Positions 57,126 through 64,000 of a DNA stretch of 64,000 nucleotides are shown one piece after another. The position numbers and the translations under genes were made by a program. The DNA is from an uncultured bacterium. GTDB taxonomy: Bacteria; Oederibacteriota; Oederibacteriia; Oederibacteriales; Oederibacteriaceae. A model generated the notes under the pieces. The model did no database searches. It saw nothing but the letters and a program-made list of their open reading frames with translations, and was not told the origin of the DNA. Each line of letters opens with the position of its first letter. Positions within the stretch are counted from its first letter, which is position 1. The DNA lies in contig OZ218778.1 in the NCBI GenBank assembly GCA_965112635.1, positions 928,001 to 992,000 of the forward strand, read 5' to 3'.

Positions 57126-57848
57126 ATGTCTAAAGGGATAACAGACAAACTAAACAAGAGTGTGGGGCTGGAACTAAATTGGGGTAGGTTAAAAGCGGCA
57201 CAAAAGGATTACCAGGAGAAATTTGCTTTATTAGATAAGAAACTTTATGAATTATGCGAGTTTAATGCCGAGTACAACCGAATTGATGGTATTGTTGCGC
57301 GATTATGGATCATTGCAAGATCTTACATGACGGGTTTGGAACGTCAGATAGATACTGGTAACAGGAGTGAGGATAATGGGAGGGCGTTGAGAGTATTTCT
57401 ACATTACTATATGAAACGCAGGTTGGATTTTAATAAAATATTGAATAAGGTTAGAAGTATTAAAAAGTTAACAAGGACATCTTTATCTGATATTTGTGAA
57501 TTTCAAAGTAATTTATTCCATTTGCTTTCACCAGTACTAAGAGAGAAAAAGTTAGGTGGTAGTAGGTCGCCTCGCTCATTCATTTCCAAATATTTCCATT
57601 TTCATAATCCTTGTATACCTATAATAGATACTGTAAGCCAAAAAAACCTAAACAAAATAGTTACTAGAAATAGATCATTTTTTAATAAGAAGTTATCAGG
57701 TTTGAGAAAAGCAATTCCACTTCAAAATATAGACAAGACTTATTACCTTCATTCTCTTAAATTATTGTTGTTTGAAGCTATAAAAGAAAAGAAAGAATTT
57801 AAGGATATAACAGTAAAGGAGTTGGATTATTTTCTCTTAACGCATTGA
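57126..57848 (+). CDS. HhH-superfamily (DNA glycosylase-like) protein C, paralog of B
   Basis: RLWIIARSY...LER ... SFISKYFHFHNP.IPIIDT ... KELDYFLL. Confidence 0.6.
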   Translation: MSKGITDKLNKSVGLELNWGRLKAAQKDYQEKFALLDKKLYELCEFNAEYNRIDGIVARLWIIARSYMTGLERQIDTGNRSEDNGRALRVFLHYYMKRRLDFNKILNKVRSIKKLTRTSLSDICEFQSNLFHLLSPVLREKKLGGSRSPRSFISKYFHFHNPCIPIIDTVSQKNLNKIVTRNRSFFNKKLSGLRKAIPLQNIDKTYYLHSLKLLLFEAIKEKKEFKDITVKELDYFLLTH

Positions 57849-58064
57849 TTTAAGTTGTCTGGCAATTCTCGCAATTATCCTATTTATTTGTTCATTCCCG
57901 ATTCCTTCACCAAGTAACCTCTCTAATAGCCTCACTTAGGAAAAACCTAAAAACAACGGGAAAGGCACGTGCAGATTAGCGTATTAAGCTGTGGTAATGG
58001 TAATGGTGAGTGATTATAATAAATGCAGAGGACGAGCAGATAAGCGTAAGGGGAGGTGATAAGC

Positions 58065-58223
58065 ATGGAAGTCAGCTTTACTTGGGTTTGCCAAAAATGC
58101 AGGCAGCAAATAACGATAGCTAATACTAATACTCCTCCTAATCAGCAATCAGGAGGGAATTGCCCAAAAGATACATCCGGAAAACATTCTTGGTCATTCG
58201 TAAGAAAGGATGAAAGGAAATAA
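58065..58223 (+). CDS. Unlisted 52-aa putative Zn-binding (C3H) microprotein
   Basis: GGAGGTGA RBS; MEVSFTWVCQKCRQQ...PP...GGNCPKDTSGKHSW... Confidence 0.65.
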   Translation: MEVSFTWVCQKCRQQITIANTNTPPNQQSGGNCPKDTSGKHSWSFVRKDERK

Positions 58224-58244
58224 AACAATAAAAGGGAGAATAAA

Positions 58245-59090
58245 GTGGACCTATATGAAATGATTAATACAAGGAATCTGGATGAAATGATTAAAGAGGC
58301 TGAAATTAAGTTTAATAATAATGATTTTGAGTCCTCATTTAGGTTATCAGCTTTATTTCTTGTTTTTGCCGAAACACCAGGGCCGGTTGTATCCGATAAA
58401 GATAGAGTAATGGCCATATCTTACGAGACACTCAGCCTAACTAAAATTACCCCTATTGATTTAAAAGAAACAGAGAAATTACTTAATAGACTCTTCAAAG
58501 ATGAGAGAAAAGATGAAGGAGGAGAATTAATTAGAAAGTTATTAACAAGCAAAATATATTTAAGACAGGCCCAAAAATGTTCTTCTTACATTTTTGTAAT
58601 GAAAGGGGAATTAGAACCTTTAGATGAACCTGATCCTTATCTCGATTTTCTAAAAAATAAATCAGTGGAAGATGTTGCCAAATATCTTATAAAAATAGTA
58701 GATACCGGTTTAAAAGTTAAATCTGACTATCTAGCATTGCTGGAAGAAAGGTGTGTTGCTGCTCGGTTTTTAGAAGATAACGCTATTTTAGAAGAAACAA
58801 AGAAAAGGATTGCTGAAATTGATCCTAATAATGGGTGGCTTAAGGCTAAAAGCAGTTCTTCTTGTTTTATTGCTACAGCTGTTTATGAATCACCTTTTGC
58901 ACCTGAAGTGATGTGGCTACGGGAATGGAGAGATCAATTTTTATTAAAACATTTATTGGGAAGGGTAAGTGTCAGAGCTTATTATTTTATTAGCCCATAT
59001 TTTGCTAATTGGATATCAAAGTCTGAACTCAAAAAAAGGGTTATACGAAAACTATTAGATAGATTAATAAATTTGTTAAAGAGGAAGTAA
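58245..59090 (+). CDS. Protein with a C-terminal CFI-box domain
   Basis: SSCFIATAVYES...EV..LR.WRD..L....GR.....YY..SP..A. Confidence 0.8.
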   Translation: MDLYEMINTRNLDEMIKEAEIKFNNNDFESSFRLSALFLVFAETPGPVVSDKDRVMAISYETLSLTKITPIDLKETEKLLNRLFKDERKDEGGELIRKLLTSKIYLRQAQKCSSYIFVMKGELEPLDEPDPYLDFLKNKSVEDVAKYLIKIVDTGLKVKSDYLALLEERCVAARFLEDNAILEETKKRIAEIDPNNGWLKAKSSSSCFIATAVYESPFAPEVMWLREWRDQFLLKHLLGRVSVRAYYFISPYFANWISKSELKKRVIRKLLDRLINLLKRK

Positions 59091-59093
59091 ATT

Positions 59094-59531
59094 ATGAAAG
59101 CTGTTGAAAACCTTTTTAAGTTATTTGGAGCTTTATTTGGGCTACTCAGAGCTTTATTTTTGGTCTTTGTTATTGCACTAGCCTTTCCTTTCATTTACTT
59201 GATAAATCAATTACCTTCTGAATGGATCGTGCTAAAAGGCGCACTTGTAGTTGGAGTTGTTATCGGTGTTATTTTTGGTTTAGTAGCTTTAACAGATCAT
59301 AAAATTAGAAGAAAAGCCCATGTAGTAAGTATTTTGGCTGCTGTTTTTACGGCAGTTATTTGTTATGTAGGTTATTACATGGGAGGGTATGGACTTGATC
59401 TTAGCCATTCTAAATCCACGGAGATATTTGGTGCTTTTCTGTTTATTTTCACTATTTTAGGAAGTTTACTAACCTGGGTTGCAAGCTTATTTTATGTTTA
59501 CCATTATGTTGAATATGAAAGATTGAGATAG
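59094..59531 (+). CDS. Four-TM membrane protein
   Basis: Four hydrophobic segments; 3 nt after the previous stop codon. Confidence 0.7.
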   Translation: MKAVENLFKLFGALFGLLRALFLVFVIALAFPFIYLINQLPSEWIVLKGALVVGVVIGVIFGLVALTDHKIRRKAHVVSILAAVFTAVICYVGYYMGGYGLDLSHSKSTEIFGAFLFIFTILGSLLTWVASLFYVYHYVEYERLR

Positions 59532-59690
59532 CTTATGAAAGAATACTAATGAAATGCAAATACTGTAATGGTGAAGACTTTGTTTTGGTTGGAAGGGATA
59601 CTGTTGAGGATTTTCAATCAAAAACTAAAGCTGTTTTTGAGGATCTGCAATGTGTTAAGTGCGGTGCAATAAACTTTGATAAGAGGAAGA

Positions 59691-61125
59691 GATTATGTCA
59701 AGTTTTCGGGTGTAAGTTGTTAAGTCCACGGGTAGTAGGTTAAGCAACATTTAGCAAGCCTTCCTGAACCAGATCACCTCCTTGAGATTTCCAGAGTTTT
59801 CTTTTAGACCAATTATCTTCCTGAGTGGTAGAAACAGACCAGACGATCTTAGCGACCTCCAATTCGGAGTGCATGGTGCCGGCAGCACGGGTGCGCCGTT
59901 TGATCTCGGCGATAAAGCGTTCGATGAGATTGCTGGAGCGGAGAGTGCGCCAGACATGCTGGGGTTCGTTCATGAAGGTGGTGAGGTTGTCGAACCTATC
60001 GAGAGCCATAGCCGTAGCTCTAGGATAGAGTTTCATCCAGCGAGCTTGGAGGCGGCCAAAGGCCTGGAGAGCCAGTTTGCGGGAATCGGCCCAATAGATA
60101 GCTTTGAAATCGTTAAGGAAGGCACCCCAGTCACGGCGAGGCATAATGGCTCTGAGGTTTCGGATCTTGTGGACCAGGCAGAGCTGGTGAGGGACAGCCA
60201 GGAGGTTTTTGACGGCCTGCTCAATGGCCTTGTGTTCATCGGAGATGACGAGCCTGAGGGTGTTGCGGTTAAGGCCTCTTTTGAGGAGGTCATTGATAAA
60301 AGCCTGCCAGGAGTCCAAGGACTCTCTATCGCCGAGAAGGAAACCCAGGACATGGCGATTGCCAAAGGAATCCATGCCTAGGGCGAGCAATAGAGCTTGT
60401 TTGGAGGTAAAACCAGGTCTTCTGACAGGCAGGTAGGCGGCGTCCAGGAGCAGGTAGGTGATGTTGGGAGGAATGGGACGATTCATCCACTGACGGATGG
60501 CTGGCTCCAAGGCGTTGGTGAGAGTGGAGACGGTGGAGTGAGAGAGCTTTGTGCCCAAAGCGGCATTTATCTCAGCGGCGGTAGAGCGAGTGGCAGCGCC
60601 TTTGAGCCAGAAGCGGATGGCGAGGAAGGAAGCCAGGCCTTTTCCAGCTTGTTTGAGGGCGGTAAGCAAGGGCGAGTGAAGGGACCCCTGGCGTAGAGCT
60701 GGTTTGTGCAGAAAAAGTCTGCCAAAAAAGCCGGGGACAGAGGTGGATTTAAAACCGTTTCTTTTAGGGCTGTTTTCAAGGCGTTCATAAGGCTGACGGC
60801 CCAAAAACTCGTCCCTTTCAGCCTCCAGTTGAATATCTAAAGCCTGGGCAATGATGGCATTGACCTCCTGGCCAATTACTTCCAGAGCGACACCGGGCTG
60901 AGCGATCTTCCTGACTTTTTCTCTGATTTTCTGGTTCGTATAAATCTCAATTCTTTGGGATAATGACTTCACGGGTGTAGACCTCCTTTTAGTTTGGGTT
61001 TGGTGACCTAGACAATCACCTAGTCTACGCCCGTGGACTTATTTTTGGGGCCGCAAGGTTAGATTGCTGCAATCTAACCTTGCCTTTCCCCTCGTTGAAG
61101 TTACACCCAGGAATGGTACACAACC
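59691..61125 (-). mobile_element. IS256-family insertion sequence, ~1435 bp
   Basis: Imperfect TIRs GATTATGTCAAGTTTTCGGGTGTAAGTT / GGTTGTGTACCATTCCTGGGTGTAACTT; 8-bp TSD GAGGAAGA at 59683-59690 and 61126-61133. Confidence 0.9.
59740..60972 (-). CDS. IS256 (Mutator-type) DDE transposase
   Basis: RNG, YLLLDA, LVISDEH, QLCLVH and RSSNLIER...EIKRR motifs. Confidence 0.93.
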   Translation of the reverse strand: MKSLSQRIEIYTNQKIREKVRKIAQPGVALEVIGQEVNAIIAQALDIQLEAERDEFLGRQPYERLENSPKRNGFKSTSVPGFFGRLFLHKPALRQGSLHSPLLTALKQAGKGLASFLAIRFWLKGAATRSTAAEINAALGTKLSHSTVSTLTNALEPAIRQWMNRPIPPNITYLLLDAAYLPVRRPGFTSKQALLLALGMDSFGNRHVLGFLLGDRESLDSWQAFINDLLKRGLNRNTLRLVISDEHKAIEQAVKNLLAVPHQLCLVHKIRNLRAIMPRRDWGAFLNDFKAIYWADSRKLALQAFGRLQARWMKLYPRATAMALDRFDNLTTFMNEPQHVWRTLRSSNLIERFIAEIKRRTRAAGTMHSELEVAKIVWSVSTTQEDNWSKRKLWKSQGGDLVQEGLLNVA

Positions 61126-61203
61126 GAGGAAGAGTGATAATGAACGGGAGTCTCCTTTTTTGGGTAGATAAACATTAAATACTTATTAGAGAAAAAGGTA
61201 ATT

Positions 61204-61860
61204 ATGTTTGATGAAGTAAAAGGAAAAGTGGGTTCAGTTAAAATTAAGAAAAATGATATTTTAAAAGACGGTCTAAAGTTGTTATCTCTATCAGGAATTA
61301 TTACTTTTAATTCGGAAGGTAAGAAGGCAGGCCAGGCTTATAAATATTACAACAGGGATGGCTCCTTTAAAGAAAAGGTAGTTTGGATATTTGACCTTAA
61401 GGGTAATGAGATTGAATGTGCTGTTTATGATAAGGATAATTCTCAGGTTGAAAGAAGGACTGAAAATATTAAAGGAAATAAAACGGAATCAGCTTTTTAT
61501 GATAAAGAAGATAAGGTTGTTCATAAAACCGCAGTTGTTAAAGATTTCAAAAATAAGCTTTTAGATGTAACTCACCTTAGTTCTGATGGTTCTATTTTAG
61601 AAAAAGAGGTTATTAAAATTGATAAGGCTGCTGTTGGCGAAAATGCAAACGCTGATAAGGATTGTGCTTTTGAACACGATGAATTTAACAATGTAAAAAG
61701 TATCCGTTTCTTTTATGAACAAGGAAATACTTCTTTAGAGCAAGAGTTTCTGTATAAGTATGACCAACAAGGTAACTGGATTGAACAGGCTGAGTATAAG
61801 GTAAAAGGGAATAACACTGAACCTGTTTCAATCACATACAGAACTATTAAGTATCTTTAG
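61204..61860 (+). CDS. YD-repeat-like beta-sheet protein
   Basis: KGKVGSVK start; repeated (F/Y)D..GN units; YKYDQQGNWIE...YRTIKY. Confidence 0.55.
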   Translation: MFDEVKGKVGSVKIKKNDILKDGLKLLSLSGIITFNSEGKKAGQAYKYYNRDGSFKEKVVWIFDLKGNEIECAVYDKDNSQVERRTENIKGNKTESAFYDKEDKVVHKTAVVKDFKNKLLDVTHLSSDGSILEKEVIKIDKAAVGENANADKDCAFEHDEFNNVKSIRFFYEQGNTSLEQEFLYKYDQQGNWIEQAEYKVKGNNTEPVSITYRTIKYL

Positions 61861-62037
61861 CGGAATTCAGATGATCTATAGTCTGATGATAAGAATACTC
61901 ATGAAAGGTGAAATTATTGAAATGCGAGCGTGCTCCTAAGGAAAACCATATAGGATTTGCTATGGCATTGAGTTGTTTTAGTAAAAGCTATTGGATTACC
62001 TTTAAAAACACAATTTCTTATTGAAGGATTAAAAAAC

Positions 62038-62865
62038 ATGAGATTACTTTCTATTAAGTTTGATAGTTTTATGCAATTTAAAGGTAAACAAGAAATAACG
62101 TTTTCTGAAAAGAATGGAATTACAGTTATTAGAGGTGGTGGCGGTAGAGGAAAAACAGGGATATATAGAGGTTTTGTTTTCGGTTTATTTGGTGAAAAAA
62201 CATTAGTTCAGGATGTAGATAAAGGCAGTGACGTTATTTTTACAAATATTTCTAGCGTTGAGGAAAACAAACAAGCAAAAGCTTCTGTTAAGGTTGCTTT
62301 CGAACATTCTGGTGACAGGTATGTAATTAAGAGAGGGTTAGCCTGTATAAAAAATGTTAATGGATATAGTGAACAAAAAGATAGTGCAGTTATGAAAATA
62401 ACATCTAAAGATGGGGAAGTTAAAATAATTAAAAGTGAAGATGCAATAGCAAGCAAAATTAATAAAATTGTCGACCGGAAATTAAAGGATTCCTTTTTTA
62501 TTGACGCAGAAAACATTGAAAAGATAAGGAAGCTACCTGAAAAGGAATTCATTACGGCACTTGCTCAGTTAGCAGTAAGGTCATCAGGCGCGTTGGAAAT
62601 GCCGTTATTTATGGATAGTCCGTTTGGGGGATTGGATGACAAGCATAGGTTAACCTTTATAAATACTATTCCGGAATATGCTTCTCAATTGATATTAACA
62701 ATAAATGCCGAGATGGGTCAAAGAGAGGCAAGTTATCTTACGAAAACCAATAAATGGGAGAAAGCTTACGATTTAATTGCTGATGGTAAGAATACGGTTA
62801 TCAAAGAAGTTGCAGTATCAGAATTTATCAGAAGTTTAGGGAAGGGAGAGGTTAAATGCCATTAA
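62038..62865 (+). CDS. DndD/Rad50-like ABC-type ATPase head lacking the coiled coil and signature motif
   Basis: F.QF.G.Q.I.F, GGGGRGKT and FFIDAE motifs, followed directly by FITAL...PLFMDSPFGGLD..HR...SQLI. Confidence 0.75.
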   Translation: MRLLSIKFDSFMQFKGKQEITFSEKNGITVIRGGGGRGKTGIYRGFVFGLFGEKTLVQDVDKGSDVIFTNISSVEENKQAKASVKVAFEHSGDRYVIKRGLACIKNVNGYSEQKDSAVMKITSKDGEVKIIKSEDAIASKINKIVDRKLKDSFFIDAENIEKIRKLPEKEFITALAQLAVRSSGALEMPLFMDSPFGGLDDKHRLTFINTIPEYASQLILTINAEMGQREASYLTKTNKWEKAYDLIADGKNTVIKEVAVSEFIRSLGKGEVKCH

Positions 62866-63623
62866 ATTGTAAACCTATAAAAAAAGCTGTTATAAATTAT
62901 TATACTCGAAGACTATTCGAAGAAAAGACGCTTGCAGATTCTTTTGTTGGATTTATAGAGCTGTTAAAGGGAAAAGATGAATATCAAATTAAAAAAGAGA
63001 TATTAATCAGAACTTCTTTACTTGGCTTAATTTTTACAAAGGATTTTTCAACTCATAGCGGAATGTGTGAGTGTGATGCACTTACAAGCTTTGTAGGAGC
63101 TATCTACACATTCAAAAATGACATTATAAAAATTAGCAATCCAGGGATGCATTCATTAGGAGAGAGAATAAAGTTAATTGGAAAACTTTTAAAATACCAA
63201 GAAAGGCCGGGACACCCAGAACGTCCAGATGCACTGTTAGATTTTTACTCTTTATTCTTGAATTATTGTTTTCCTGATTTGTTTCCTTTCTATAATGATC
63301 ATATATCGGTTGGAGCTTTGGAAATGTTTAGAACCCATCCTAAAATAGCGTCTAGATATCCTCTTATTCCAAAAATCAAAATCGAAAATTCATGCGAAAA
63401 TTATCTTAAGATATTAAAGTTCTACAATTTTCTAATAATTAATTGTTTCACGGACCTGGATGAAGTTGGAAAAGAATGTGAATCGATTTTCAAGAAGAGA
63501 GGGTTAAATATAAAACTATCGAAATTAAGGATGCTAGATAAATATTTCATAAAACAAGGTTGGGATGTATTTACAAAGAAAACTGAGAAAAAAAGGAAAT
63601 GGGTAGAATTGGTGGTTGATTAG
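62856..63623 (+). CDS. HhH-superfamily-like protein D (divergent)
   Basis: DFYSLFLNYCFPDLFPFYND ... YL.I..FY ... LRMLDKYF..QG; same motif order as proteins A-C; overlaps the ATPase by 10 nt. Confidence 0.5.
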   Translation: MPLNCKPIKKAVINYYTRRLFEEKTLADSFVGFIELLKGKDEYQIKKEILIRTSLLGLIFTKDFSTHSGMCECDALTSFVGAIYTFKNDIIKISNPGMHSLGERIKLIGKLLKYQERPGHPERPDALLDFYSLFLNYCFPDLFPFYNDHISVGALEMFRTHPKIASRYPLIPKIKIENSCENYLKILKFYNFLIINCFTDLDEVGKECESIFKKRGLNIKLSKLRMLDKYFIKQGWDVFTKKTEKKRKWVELVVD

Positions 63624-63761
63624 GTTATTCAGGCTGATAGTGGGTATTCTGACCGTTCTTTTTTAATAAAAAATAGACCCTGTATTTGGTGATATAATTA
63701 CTGTCAGTAGATACTTTTTGGCTATTGGATAAACCACATAATTATATTAGAGAAATTGTAA

Positions 63762-63843
63762 CCAACGAAAGGGCGACCCGTGGCGAAAGTCCGGGGGGCA
63801 AAGCTTCCGCCTAAATATATGGCACAGGAGCATACCGAATGGA
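63762..63843 (+). ncRNA. c-di-GMP-I (GEMM-I)-like riboswitch aptamer, divergent
   Basis: AAGGGC, P2 CCCG.GGC-GAAA-GTCCGGG, GCAAAGC, P3 GCTTCC..CCTAA..TATGG..GGAGC, TACCGAA. Confidence 0.62.
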
Positions 63844-64000
63844 TAACTTTATTTCTTTAATTACCATCTGTTTCCGTCCAATTAGATCAGTCTTTCAATC
63901 CTATGACGGTATAATGAGAAGTACTAGAAATATTTATGCTATTGAGCAAACCACATCTACATCTATCACCCAAGTTAGAAAGAGGGTGAACAAGTGGATG

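Larger units (their letters stand above)
59549..61172 (+). pseudogene. ~59-aa zinc-ribbon gene interrupted by IS256
   Basis: Removing the IS and one TSD copy gives MKCKYC...CVKCGAINFDKRKSDNERESPFLGR*. Confidence 0.65.
33374..64000. mobile_element. AT-rich integrative element/genomic island inserted in tRNA-Pro; right end and integrase lie outside the window
   Basis: Abrupt GC drop at the tRNA break; TA, RM, NACHT, primase-helicase, RadC and DUF932 genes; att-arm-like repeats. Confidence 0.88.

Noticed and set aside
62038-62865. Complete Dnd phosphorothioation system
   Set aside because: No dndA/B/C/E-like genes in the window, and the ATPase lacks its coiled coil.

Overview
The window has two parts. 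Positions 1-33373 are GC-rich bacterial chromosome: parA-parB, a TlpA-type thioredoxin, tadA, sugar genes (nagBA, uxaC and a linked SDR), glcEF, queG, the hpnCDE squalene genes, an ECF sigma/anti-sigma/lpoB envelope operon and rph-rdgB. This part ends in a tRNA-Pro(UGG) gene that stops abruptly at the end of its anticodon loop. From 33374 to the window end is an AT-rich integrative element whose integrase and far end are not in the window. It carries toxin-antitoxin modules and a defence cluster (PD-(D/E)xK protein, TM0106-like nuclease, type III-like Mod/Res, a membrane protein and an REase-NACHT protein). It also has a replication module (XRE, CHC2-Toprim-AAA primase-helicase and a putative repeat origin), RadC/DUF932-type early genes, an IS256 insertion and a c-di-GMP-I-like riboswitch. 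The best candidates for an undescribed system are an XRE-regulated tandem of three HhH-glycosylase-like genes (55548-57848) and a fourth such gene coupled to a DndD/Rad50-type ATPase that lacks its coiled coil and ABC signature (62038-63623). The unrestored tRNA junction, with an upstream copy of the missing acceptor strand, is also unusual. All family calls come from motif recognition by eye; no searches were run and GC contrasts are visual estimates.
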